A DNA stretch of 63,868 bases, counting the filler, from Octopus bimaculoides (taxonomy: Eukaryota), in the NCBI RefSeq assembly GCF_001194135.2. It is 3 parts of 3 records of this genome, joined end to end, with 100 filler letters (N's around TTAATTAATTAA, not from the genome) between each part and the next. Parts side by side here need not be neighbours in the genome. Positions count along the whole stretch, not along the records: positions 22,527 to 45,819 come from NC_069003.1; 2 more parts are not named here. One strand, given 5' to 3'. This document shows positions 25,560 through 38,400 of the stretch, one piece after another. Under the pieces are notes generated by a model, which searched no databases, had not been told where the DNA came from, and saw nothing but the letters and a program-made list of their open reading frames with translations. Numbering within the stretch: the first letter of the stretch is position 1; the number at the start of each line of letters is the position of its first letter. Position numbers and translations under genes: made by a program.

Positions 25560-28500
25560 TTATACTGTGATCACGCCTCTTTCAATTCCATGATTTTGCA
25601 TTAGAGAACATTAGCATAGCACTTACAAAACTTACTGTCTCTGCTTTTCTTTCAAACATTCAACTTTGGAGAGAATTTTTTGATGAAATGTAGTGCCATT
25701 GCTTTTCAGTATTGCTGCATATTTCCAGATGCTTACTTAATAGAATCTTGTGTAATTCTTGTCGGATATGTTGCCTGTGGATTCTTGCACATTGGCAGCA
25801 GGAATTATTTGTTTCGCCAATGTAATTTACTTTGCAGTTTGGGCAGGTAATGCAGTATAGGAGGTTTTGTGTTTTGCATTTCATATCTGCATTTATTTTG
25901 AAAAAGGATCCGCTCTTGAATTTTATGTGGGAACCACTTTCGAAGTATTTGAAGTTGTTGATATTGTTCCATGTTCCACATCTCCTATCTCCACATTCTT
26001 TTACTAAATATTCTGATTCATTCTCTGATTTGAATTCTGCCCTTGTGAGGTTTTTTGGTTGGCATCTGCTCTTCTGTAAGGTGTTTTTTTTCAATCAGAG
26101 TTTTTATTTTGGGTCTTTGTAAGGAGTATCGGTAAGTTCAATTTTATGGTGTGAAAGATGTTGGTTATTCCAGGACTGTGTGTTAATAAACAGAATCGTA
26201 TTTTCATTAACTTTTTCCTTAGGTGTCCATAGTGGGGTGATCTTCAGTTTCATTGCCTTTTTAATTCCCTCGTTAATTAATCCTAAGGGGTATTTCTGCA
26301 TTGTGAGGAAGCCTTTGAGTTCGTTGAGTCGGATTTCATGTATTTGGGGTCAGATGTATCTTGCCATGCTGTATGAGATGTTTCTTTTGATGTGTGATGG
26401 ATGGCAAGGGTAGAAATTTAAATATTGGTGTGTGTCAGTTTTTTGTAAAATATGTCTGTAGTGACTGCAGAGTTCTGTATTTTTATGTGAATATCCAAGA
26501 ATGGTAGTTCATTGCAACTGGATTTTGTCGTGAATTTGATGGATGGGTGAAGTGTGTTCAGTATATTATTAAATATATTCTGATCTTCATTCAATTTGTC
26601 CCAGAAGATGAAGCAATCATCAAGGAAGCGTTTCCACTTTTTAATGATATATTTCTTGTACTTCTGATCAAAAGCTTTTTCTACTTCCTCATAAAGTTTT
26701 TCTTCTAAGTATTCCATAACTAAGTTTGCAAACAGCGTACCCATAGCTGTGCCCTTTATCTGTTGATATGTTTTATTGTCGAATCTAAAGGTATTTTCCT
26801 CTAGTACTAGGCATGTGGCCTTGGTGATGAAGTCAGTCTTGAAGCGTTTATTTATCCATTCTCTATGTTTCTTTAACCAGTGTTTGATTGCTTCTAAGCC
26901 TAAAGTGTGAGGTATATTAGTATAGAAATTGGTGACATCAAAACTTACAAGTATAGTACCTTCTGCGACAGTGGGAGGGATGTGTTGGTTGAAATCTATG
27001 CCATCCCAGACATAACTGGGTATTAGAGGGTGCAAAGGTTTTAGAAGTATATCTAAAAAATGACTTAATTGTTGTGTTGGTGCTTGAGGTCCAGCAACTA
27101 TTGGTCTTAGTTTGAGGTCATTAGGCTTTAGTATTTTTACATACTGGTTCTTCTGCTTATTTATGGCACTTTGTATTTCGGAGCTTTTGTGGATTTTAGG
27201 TAATCCATAGAAATTGCTCTCTTTGATTACAGAGTTGCATATATAATCTTTCTCCTTGTCTGTGAAGGAATCTTGGAAGTCATTGATTAGTCTTCTGATT
27301 TTATTCATTATCATTTTTTCTGAGTGTCTTGGTTCTTCCTTGTAGTAGGTTTGGTTTGTTAACATTTCCAATATTTTATCTTTATAACAGTCGTTGTCCA
27401 TGATAACTATTGCCCCTCCCTTGTCGGCTTCTTTTAGGATGATTGAGTTGTCATTCTTCAGTGTTTGTAAGGCTTCCTTTTCTTCTTTACAAAGGTTTTG
27501 TTTGCATTTGTGGGTATTTAGGGGAAATTTTGAAATTATGTCTATATACGCATCTAAATATTTGTCCTTTCTCTTGTAGGGGGTGAAGTGGGATTTATTT
27601 CTGACTATTGATTCATCAGGGATAAATAGCAGTAGCATTCTTCCCTTTCATGGGACTGTCACATTAAGTTGACTACAAACCATCAATTTAAATCTTTATT
27701 GTTGAAGAATTCTATAAGTCGGAGGTGACAGTTGAAGTGTTCAATATCAGATTTCAGTTCAATGAGATTAGGGTGGATGTCGGGGTAAACTTGAAACCCT
27801 TTAATAGGAGGTTCATTTCATTCTTGTTGAGGTTCCTATTTGACAAATTTATGATCTTCGGATCTATATGTTGTGTGTGTTTAATTAAATTTTGTGTATC
27901 ATTGGGTCCAGTGCATGGTTTTGGTATTTTCTCCCTAAAAAAGGAATTGTGTTACCACGTCTCTGTTGTCTGATCTCAGCATTCTGGTTTCCATATAGGT
28001 GAGAGGATGGCTCATGTCTTTTATACGAATTCCGTTGGTTATAGGTTTTGTTTTCTTCCCATCTTCCATGCTTTTTTCGCCATTCAAGACATATAGGAAT
28101 TTTGGTCATAATTCGTGGGTTCCTTGAGTTATCATGATGATTATTATCCCTATTATAGTACCTGTGCTGTCTGTATTTTATTTGTTTTTCTTCTTATGAA
28201 TTCATCCATCTGGGGTACATGTTATTACGGGTTGGTAGTTGTCTGTATGTTATTTGTCTTTCATGTCTTTTTTCCTTTCCATTTATCCATTTATGGTGTT
28301 TGGACTTCTGGGTTGATGGTTGTCTTCTATATTTCATTTGTTGGCTATTTGCAGTGTTATGTATTGTAGAATATGGGTTTCTAGTCTGTACTTCAGGTGA
28401 GATGGAGGCTATTTCTGCATATGTTCTTGGGTAATTAGAGGTTCGATACCTCAGTTCAGATACTCTTGGGTTAGTGTCTATGTTTGTTTTCGATTTCTTC

Positions 28501-29230
28501 GTATTTCTTTGTTGTTGCAGTTTCGTTTTCATAATGGATTTATCTCCATAGTTTTTTTCATAGTTAGTGAACCACTCTTGTTGTTTTTCCCACATTTTTA
28601 TGGATTTCTCTTCTTCCCACTTTGTGTCTTCTTTCCATAGTTTTTGCAGTTTTTCATGACATTGATTGTCACTCTGCTCAGCAATTTCAGCAAACATAAT
28701 TGCGTCAATATTTTTCACTTTTTCTTCATGTCTTGCTTTTCGCGATTGTAGAAGACCGATTTCTGTTTCCAGTCGGCATAGAGCTAAATTCACACATTTC
28801 CTTGTCTCTTCCAGTGATTCATTTCTTATTTCTTTAATAAGAAATTTTCTGGGCAGGATTGGGCTTTCTTTACTTCGCCAATTCTGGTAGGTGTTTGCTA
28901 TATTGTTGCATCGAATGCTTTTTCAATATGCATATTTCCTTTCATTCAGGAGTTTCTTCCAGAGATATGGTTTCAAGGTATTATGTTGTACTTCCAGAAA
29001 TGTGGTTTTAAGTGAGTTTTTTCTTACTACTTTCTTTTTGTTTGTCTCTGTTGTTGGATCACCTTCTGTATGGGTATCATTCATAGTTCTGTCTGTATTC
29101 ATAAAGATTGCATCTAGTCTTGAAATAAGTAAATTTAACTTATTAGATATTTCTGTGAGAAGTTCTTCTGTATTTTTGGTGTTTCTCGGTTGCAAGTTTG
29201 TGTTCTATTCATTCTGGTATCTTGTACATC
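25560..29230 (-). mobile_element. Penelope-like retroelement (RT + GIY-YIG), near full length, frameshifted; Neptune-like (tentative)
   Basis: ORF 26418-27638 has KEADKGGAIVIMD, YGLPKIHK, LRPIVAGP, SFDVTNFYTNIPH, QIKGTAMGT, RFLDDCF and LPFLD. ORF 25660-26094 has LLYCITCPNCKVNYIGET...HRQH. N-terminal pieces lie at 28194-29195. The 3' end runs into a gap. Confidence 0.93.
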
Positions 29231-29577
29231 CAAGGAGATATGTATAGAGTGTTAGGTGTGATGTACAGAATTGAATATTGAGAAAAAAAAAAAGTCGTCA
29301 GAATTTTGGAAAAAAATCCTTTTATTTTTTTCATTATTATTAGCCTTTTCGTTTCTTTCTAGAACTTGTCAAATAAAGTTTTGTGAATGTACAAACAGCT
29401 TGTTCATTTATATAAAACATATGCTCTTTTGAGGTTTTGTTTAGAAGAAAACATTGTTTTTGTCTTTTTGGGTGAGGTTTCAAGATAATGGAGATAGATA
29501 GATAGATAGGCAGGCAGGCAGGCAGGCAGGNNNNNNNNNNNNNNNNNNNNNNNNNNNNNNNNNNNNNNNNNNNNNNN

Positions 29578-29609
<32 letters not shown>

Positions 29610-29994
29610 AGGGGTATCCACCTTCCTATTCACCATTCATTTATTTAATTATTTTTTCTTTTACCATTGTATTGAAATGGGTTTAAGGATAGTGACCACT
29701 GAAAAAAAAAACAGGTGTGGTTTGGTCATCACTGAAAGTTTTTTTGCTTTCTTTCTATCTCTTTTTTTTCTTTTTTTCCTCCTTTCTTTTTCTCCTCTGG
29801 GTTGTATTTAGAATATACCCCTTCCAAACATTCATTTTTGGAGGGAATTTTTTGATAAAGTGTAGTTTTACATGAAAATATATTAGTATAATATTTGCAA
29901 ATTAAAACAATTTGAAAAATCAATCAATAAATAAAATAAAACGAATATATATACACACACGCATACATACATAAAACTAGAGTATCCCAATGTT

Positions 29995-30272
29995 ACACAT
30001 ATATCTGAACATTTGTAGAGATGAGCCACATTTGGAATAACGAATTCAAATTCTCCAAGTGGTTCCCACATAAAATTCAAGAACGGATCCTTTTTTAATT
30101 TAAACGCAGATATGAACTGCAAAATGCAAAACCTCCTATACTGCATTACCTGCCCAAACTGCAAAGAAAACTACATTGGCGAAACAGGTACTCCTGAACA
30201 GTCAATGCCCATCCAACAAACTGTCTGTAAATATGTATATATCTTTTTTTCTTATATGTATATTTTCACTTT

Positions 30273-30305
<33 letters not shown>

Positions 30306-30620
30306 ATACATATACATATATATTATTTTATATCTTTCAATTGCATATCTTTTCTTTATATTTATATATATTATTTATATTTAATCCTTATTTAATTCTT
30401 ATTCACACATCGTACCATTTTATTTTTTTTTATATGTATATATATATGTATATTTTTACTTTTATATACATATTTATATTTATTGCATATCTTTTACTTT
30501 TTTATATTTATTTATAATTCTTATTTACATTTGGAAATCACATATCATACTTTTCTTTTTTTTTATGTGTGTGCAACTCCGCGTTGATCACCAGAGTGAT
30601 ATTTGATCACTTTATAGAGT
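29995..30620 (+). mobile_element. Inverted 3' fragment (GIY-YIG end) of the same Penelope-like family
   Basis: 30061-30185 is a close reverse complement of about 25810-25940 (MNCKMQNLLYCITCPNCKENYIGET), followed by an AT-rich tail. Confidence 0.85.
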
Positions 30621-33600
30621 GTTTGAGTGTTGGTTTGGTGTCTGGAATGGGATAGCTTACCTCATGGGCAGGTAGAAGCTCTTTAACTTTCATTGGTAAT
30701 CTACCTAGAAGGAAATCTCTGAAATAAAACCTGAGGCCTTGGAAGTTCCTGGTTTTGTCAATTTTCATGTCACACCAGTGAAAGTCTTCTTGGGCCAATA
30801 GGTGGGGGTAGTGCAGTGCAAGCTACACCCACTGAAAATTATTCATCTGCATAACAAATCTTAGTAAAATTATTGAATCAGTTGGTTGGCAGAAACCAAA
30901 AATGTACTTGTAACTTACTGTCAGTAAATGTCAAAAAAGGCTTGGGAACAGGTCTGGCTTGACAGGTGTCCCAGTGTATCACAGGCTGGACCTGGTCATC
31001 ATCCTGCCACTGTGATCAAACAATCTTCAAGAAAAAGTAAAAATAAATATCCTTTGAATTTTGGCTGTTGGAATGTGTGCACACTTCTTGATGATAATTT
31101 CAACAAGAGGCCAGAAAGGTGTACTGCACTTGTTGCATGTGAGCTTAAGAAATATTCCCTTGATATAGTTGTGCACTCTGAAACTTGTCTCTTTGGTGAG
31201 GGTCAAGTAAATGAACCTACTTATGGATATACTACCTTTTGGCAAGGCCCATTGTTGAGAATCTGGTGTTGAGTTTGCTCTCAAGAATACATTAGTATCC
31301 TCCATTGCAGAGCTTCCAAGTGGTATATCTGACTGGATCATGTCATGCTGTATCAAACTGACAAAAGGTAGGTTTCTTACCGTTGTCAGTATTTATGCAC
31401 CAAGAATTCTGATGAAACTGTTGGACAGTTTTATGATTCTAGCACAATTATTGAGAAAAGTACCAATTTCTGACAAGCTGGTCATATTGCGAGATATCAA
31501 TGCAAGAGTTGGAAAGGACTAAGTTTCATGGCCTGTTTTAGGTCGACATGGGATTAGAAAATGTAATGAAAATGGAATAGCTCTTTTGATGTTTTGTATT
31601 GAGAATAATCTGGTTGTCACTAACACTCTGTTTAAGCACAAAAAAAAATATATATAAAATATAGTGTCTGACGCCCCCAACATCTAAGCACTGGCATCTC
31701 ATAGATTATATTTTGATGAGAAAACATTGATATGAAAGACGTTTCTAGCATTCAGGCCATGAGAGAGGCAGAGAGCTGGACTGACCATCATCTAGTACGT
31801 GGAAAAATAGATTTTTTGATAATGCCTAAAAATCGACAGTCTGGTCCTAAGGTACCCAAAAAGTTAAATGTTGCAAACTTTAAATTATTAAGCAGCTTGC
31901 AAAGATTCCACAATGCTATAGAAAGTATCAATCTTGACCCAAACAATCTATGGGAAGGTTTCAAAACAAAAATATTTCAGGCTGCAAGTTCGTCAGAGGG
32001 ATTTAAATCACGTAAGTCCAGTGACTGGTTCTCAGAGAAATCAGCAGAAATTCATGATCTACTTTTAGAAAAACAAAACTTAGGCAATACGCGTCTTCCT
32101 CAGTCCTTGAACCCCGACCCAAACGAAGCTTACAGAAAGCTGAAAAGGAAAGTGCAGACTGCTCTAAGGAAAATTAAACAGGAATGGTGGAATGATAGTG
32201 CAAAAGGGACACAAGAAGCAGCTGATAGAAATGATGCCAAGTGTTTGTACTCTTATGTTAAGGAGGTATATGGCCCAAAATCTTCTTCAATATCTCCAGT
32301 GAGAACAGAAAATGGATGTTTTCTTCTGACTCACACCGTTTCTATTCATAAGCATTGGGTAGAACATTTTTCTGCATTTTTGAATAGACCATCATCCGTT
32401 GACTTGAGGATGGTAGAAAAAAATCAAACACCTTCCAGTTATAGAAGAGATGGCATTTGAACCAACTCTAAATGGCATTTATTTAGCTGTGAATAAGCTG
32501 AATAACAATAAGTGTCCAGGGTCTGATGGAATCTGTGCAGAAGTCTTGAAATATGGGGGTGAAAAAATGTTTGAACTCTTAAATATATTAATTTGTCATT
32601 GTTGAAGAACTGAAAAAGTGCCTCAAGACTGGATTGATGCCATTTTAGTCTCCCTGTATAAATTGGGGCCAAAGGATCTGTGCGGTAATTTTCGTGGGAT
32701 TTCGCTTTTGTCTGTGATTGGAAAGGTACTTGCCCACATTTTGTTAGAACGTTTAAATACCTTTATAGTTCCAAATATAGTGTCTGAGTCTCAGTGTGGT
32801 TTTCATTCCTCCAGGGGCACAGCTGATTGTATCTTTACTGTCAGATAATTACAAGAAAAGTGCATTGAACAGAATCTTGCTCTATACCATTGCTTTGTTG
32901 ATTTGAGCAAAGCATTTGTTAATCAAAATGCTCTGTGGCTAATTCTAAGGAAAATAGGTTGCCCAGAAAAATTTGTAAATATGATCAGGGCTTTGCATCA
33001 AGATATGAAAGCTAGAGTTAACTTTGGTGGTAGGCTCTCTGAATCTTTTGTTGTGAAAAATGGAATAAAGCAAGGAGACCTTGATGCACATACCCTCTTC
33101 GCAATATACTTTGCTGTTGTGTTGTTACATGGTTTTCAAAACTCTGCAGAGGGTATTTACATAAAATATCAAACAACAGGGAATGTTTTCAATCTGACCA
33201 GACTCGCTCTTTACAAATCATTTGTCTTACCATCCCTGTTGTATTCCTGTGAAACTTGGACTTGTTATGGAAAGCATTTTAAATTGTTAGAACAATTCCA
33301 CCAAAAATGCCTTCATCACATTTTAAAAATTAAATGGAGTTCTTTTACTCCAAACACAGATTTCCTTACATCTGCAAGCATCACCTCAATTAAAGCTATG
33401 ATTTTGAGGAACCAAATGACATGGTATGGCCATAATGTTCGAATGGCAGATGAACGCATGCCGAAACAGCTGTTTTATGATGAGCTTGCAGAGGGGAAAC
33501 ACTATTGGCATAAGCCTGACAAAAGGTTTAAGGATGGCATAAGGACTACTATGAAGTCACTTGGAATGGATCCAGAAGACACAGAACCCTTGCTTCTGAT

Positions 33601-34070
33601 CGAGTTGCATGGTGAACAAAAGTGTAGAGTGGAGTGAAAGCATTTGAAGAGGCCAGGATAACACATGTAAGACTCAAAAGAGATCTAACGAAGAATGTAA
33701 CGATCGAGAAGGTGAATGACAATGACCTTTTTATGTGCACAGACTGTGACAGACCATGCTGGGCTCAAATCTCATCTGTGAACCCATGGAAAATGAACCT
33801 CCACCAACTATTCTCCCTATATGTCTGTACACACCTTTGAATGCAGTGTATGCTAGGTTTGCAAATCCAATGGAGGCCTCAAAAGACATTTTAAGACCCA
33901 CAAAGATCAGAACTTATCTGCAGCTCTTGGTGGTCCAAATCAGATGTACAATCTGTGTGGGTGTCTTTTCAGAACATTGTCTGGTTTAAAAAGCCACATC
34001 AGATGCCATGATTTAGTTAAGGTGTAGGTACAGGAAGTGGTCAAACTCTGCATAGGGAGTAGACAACCAC
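30620..34070 (+). mobile_element. RTE-clade (BovB-like) LINE, degenerate, with an internal deletion in the RT
   Basis: APE endonuclease: LNFGCWNVCTLLD..RPERCTALVACEL..DIVVHSET. RT: GNFRGISLLSVIGKVLA, ESQCGF, FVDLSKAF, GIKQG. C-terminal LLYSCETW...WYGHNVRM. The YADD region is absent (junction near 33205). Confidence 0.9.
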
Positions 34071-34111
<41 letters not shown>

Positions 34112-34151
34112 GTACATACATACATACATAATATATATACATACATACATA

Positions 34152-34183
<32 letters not shown>

Positions 34184-34194
34184 CATAGGGAGAA

Positions 34195-34345
34195 TTTACA
34201 AAAAAACAAAAGACAAAGACAGGTGGTGTAGAAAACAAACACATATATTAGTATAACGCTCAGGAATTGAAAAAGTCTTTAACGTTTCGAGCCTATGCTC
34301 TTCCACAGAAAGGAACACAGAAAGAAACAAGGAGAGAAAGAACAG
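34195..34345 (-). mobile_element. PLE terminal-repeat remnant with a non-canonical hammerhead-like motif
   Basis: Minus strand: CUUU-CUGUGGA-A-GAGC-AUAG-GCUC-GAAACGU-U-AAAG. Related degenerate copies lie at 8770-8962 (+) and about 22580-22800 (-). Confidence 0.55.
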
Positions 34346-34964
34346 AAAGTACAGGAAAGTTAAGAAAGTAATAATAATAATAATAATAGTTTTACATAAA
34401 GTTCAAAGGCTTCATATATACATATACATACATACATATATGTCTCTCTCTATATATATATGCATAATTTGCTGCCTTCAGCCCCAGCAAGTAAGAAACG
34501 TTGAAAAGTGAATGTAAAAGCATGCCTTTTCCTTTCTCTCTATTTTTGAAAATATTTGAGTAACTTGAATTATGAATTACTGTGGATGAATAATATATTT
34601 TAAAGTTATACATATTTTTTTCACCTCTTAAAATGACTTTTTGTACTGTTGGCTAAAATAATTTTTTTCCTGTCTGAATCTCTCTTATTTCTTGTTTGCA
34701 ATGGCTACTCCCTGCTACTTACTAGCTTGGGGCAAAGTCTGCCATCTTTGTCCATTTCCGGCTGTCACCTCCACACCTGTTCCTCCCCCATCCCTCAGAC
34801 TTTCATGTGTTTGGCCATTTGATGACACTTGAAAATATGCACAGTTAAGCTAGGAATTTCTCTTGTGTTTTAATCGCCTCATTCATTCAAACTCATCTTT
34901 TCTCTAAAATAATTCTTTCTTGTTTGTTCTGCCCCTAAAATGACTAACCTTGTTTCTTGGCTAA

Positions 34965-35445
34965 ATCATCATGCTGGCATGGGTTGGTCAGTTTGACTGA
35001 GGACTGGTGAACCAGATGGCTACACCAGGCTCCAATCTGATCTGGTAAAGTTTCTACAGCCGGATGCCCTTCCTAATGCCAACCACTCCAAGAGTGTAGT
35101 GGGTGCTTTTATGTGCCACCGAAACAAGGGCCATTCAGGCAGTTCTGGCAACGACTATGCTCAAAAGGTGTTTTTTACGTGCTACCTGCATGGGAGCCAG
35201 TCCGGTGGCACTGGCAACGACCACGCTCAAATGTTGTTTTTTCACGTTCCACCAGTACATGTGCTGGTATGGCGATGCTGGCAATGATCACACTCGAATG
35301 GTTCTTTTTATGTGTCACTGGCATGGGAGCCAATCTGTGGCCCTGGCAATGATCACACTCGGATGTGCTTTTAACGTTCCACTGGCACAAGCGTCAATCA
35401 GGCGGTACTGTCATTGGCCATGTCAGCGATTTTGATTTTGATGTC
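34965..35445 (-). mobile_element. RTE 3'-end fragment or RTE-tailed SINE
   Basis: Reverse complement of about 39000-39400 (GGATGCCCTTCCTAATGCCAACCACT core). Shorter relatives lie at about 1-120, 11722-11860 and 16205-16450. Confidence 0.8.
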
Positions 35446-35449
35446 ACTT

Positions 35450-38400
35450 TTCTCTAAAATAATTCTTTCTTGTTTGCTCTACCCCTTATAATGACTTTTC
35501 CGTCCTGTGGTTGCACCCACACTTTCCCACCCCCCACCACCAATATTGGAAATCTCTTTCTCTTACCGGACATCCAGTTGCCCTTCCCCTTCTCCTCTTA
35601 TATTGATAATCTTGTCACTCTTTCTCTTTCTCTCCTCACCCCATCTCTGGACTAACCAAACCAGATAGCAGCTCACTTACCTTCTTTGTTTTTCACCATT
35701 TATATCTGCATCAGTAATGCTTACACCCACAATGCTCATAACACTTATATTTACAACACCCCAAACACTTTCATATACAATGCTTCCTTGCTCCCCCCCC
35801 CCCCCAGTAGAGGCAACAACCTTAACACTTCTAACATGTTTGAATGGCAGTAGGTTAAAAGCAAGAACACTATTATGATATCTGTTACCAAATGATCATG
35901 GAAATCTTCTTCTCAGGTGCTAAATAACATCTCTCTATCCTGTGTTACCTCCCATATTTCTTTCTCAGTTGGCATTCTAAATGTAGGCACATTGAAAGGT
36001 AGGTCTAGCAAGATTGTAGAGACGCTTGAATGGAGACGTGTTGATGTATGTTGCATACAAGAGGTAAGGTGGAGAGGAGCTTCAGCCAGAGTCCTCACCA
36101 GCAAAGCACATAGGTATAAACTCTTCTGGGAAGGTAATGGTGATGGAATAGAGGGTGTGGGCATACTTCTTGCAGAGAAATAGGTGAATAAGGTCATAGA
36201 GGTAGTAAGGCTGTGTGATAGCATACTTAAACTCAGGCTAGTCTTATAGAATGGTATAGCTACAATTATCTCTGCATACACCCCATAAACGGGACTACCA
36301 AATGAACAGAAGGATCACTTTTATATTCTTATGCAGGCTACCTCAAAGATAAGTGACAATAATCTCATCTTTGTCGCTGGAGATTTTAATGATGTACATG
36401 GGGGCCATGAAGTTGGTACCAGAAACGAAGAGGGAACTAGGCTTCTGGAGTTCTGCAATGCAAATAACCTATTGATCTGCAACACGAACTTCAGGAAACC
36501 AGCTAGCCACCTGATAACCTATCAATTGGGTGATTGCTACCCAGACTGATTCCATTCTCACCAGACAGCAGATGCATGGTTTCTCCTTGGTTAAGAATGT
36601 ACCCCCCAGCATAGACTAGTTATTAATGACTTTAGACTCAAGGTGAGGATGCCAAAAAGCAGACCAATCTGGAAAAGAAGGACTTGGAAGCTAAAGAACA
36701 TGGTCAGAGGTTTAGGGATATCCTTACTGAGAAATTTGCTGATAGGGAGGAAGAGCTACACTCCTGTGACATCGACGGCAGCTGGGAATTCCTGCGAGAC
36801 AGCTTGCTGAGTGCCACAGACCAAATCTGTGGCTGATGCAAAGTCCCTTCCAGACCCATGGTGGTGGAACAATACTATAGACAGGGCCATCAGAGCAAAA
36901 AAACAGGCTTGGAAGGCCTGTAAGAGTGGGGATAGCAGGAGAATGTATCAGATAGCCAAAAGGGAGGCATGGAGACAGGTATATATAGCCAAGTGAGTAG
37001 CAGAAAAGAAGAGGTTTGTCAATGTTCAGCAATGTAAGGACCAAAGAACTGAAGTATTTTAGATTGCAAGACAGTGTGTGAGAGAAAACCATGATGTCAT
37101 AGGAGGGAAATGTGTCTGCATAAACAATGATGCCCTTGCATTTAATGATTCTGCAAAGAAAGAGGCTTGGAGATGCCATTGTGAAAGATTGCTGAATGTG
37201 AAAAATGGATGGGATGGGGAGAGTCTGCCGAAGGTTGACCCAATTGAGGGACCAGCTATCTGAATTGACAGTACCCTGGTAGATAAAGCAATTAAGGATA
37301 TGAAGACAAGGAAAGCACCTGGCCCGTTAGGAACCACCACTGAGATGCTTAACATATCAGGTGGTGTGGGTTATGGTCTTGTCACCCACATTGTAAATCA
37401 GGTGGTTCACAAAGGAGTCATATCCAAAGACTGGTGTAGCAACATCATAGTCAACTGCTACAAAAGTAAAGGTGATGCTTTAAATAGAAATAACTATAGA
37501 GGTATCAAATTATTGGATCAGGTGATGAAAGTTACTGAGAGGGTCATAGCCCAACTAATTAGGGAGAGAGTTAGCCTAGATGAAATGCAGTTTGGTTTTG
37601 TGCCAGGCAGAAGCACCACTGATGCTATATTTTTGGTAAGGCAACTGCAAGAGAGATATCTAGTCAAAGATAAACCTCTGTACTTGGCTTTTGTTGACTT
37701 GGAGAAAGCCTTTGACAGGGTTCCCCGATCCCTTATCTGATGGTCAATGTGGAAACTGGGGTTAGGCGATTGGATGGTAAGAGCTGTACAAGCCCTGAAC
37801 AGGGATGCTGTCAGTAAGGTGAGGGTTGGCAATGAGTATAGTGAAGCATTCCGAGTAGAAGTAGTGGTTCACCAATGATCAGTCCTCAGCCCCCTCTTGT
37901 TTATTTTAGTCTTCCAGGCAATAACAGAGGATTTCAAGACAGGCTGCCCCTGGGAGCTTCTCTATGCTGATGACCTTGCTCTTATAGCTGATTCACTGCC
38001 AGAACTAGAGATGAAGTTTAGGGTGTGGAAGCAAGGTCTAGAATCAAAGGGCCCTAGGGTTAACCTAGCAAAATCAAAACCTTAGTAAGTACAAAGGCTG
38101 TCAAATCACAAACCCCTTCAGGTAGATGGACCTGCTCGATCTGTAGAAAAGGCATGGGTAGAAATTCCATACAATGTACCTTTCGTAAGCTTTGGACACA
38201 TAAAAGGTGCAGCAATATCAAAGGAAGATTAACCGAGAAGATAGTTTTTGAGTATGGCAGATGCACAGGGGCAATAAACACTGAAGATGTACAGAAAATA
38301 GATTCCCATCACATGCCAGGAGAGAAACTACAAGTAGTTAATAGCTTCTGCTACCTAGGCGACCAAGTCAGTAGTGGGGGTGGTTGCTCTGAGAGTGTAG

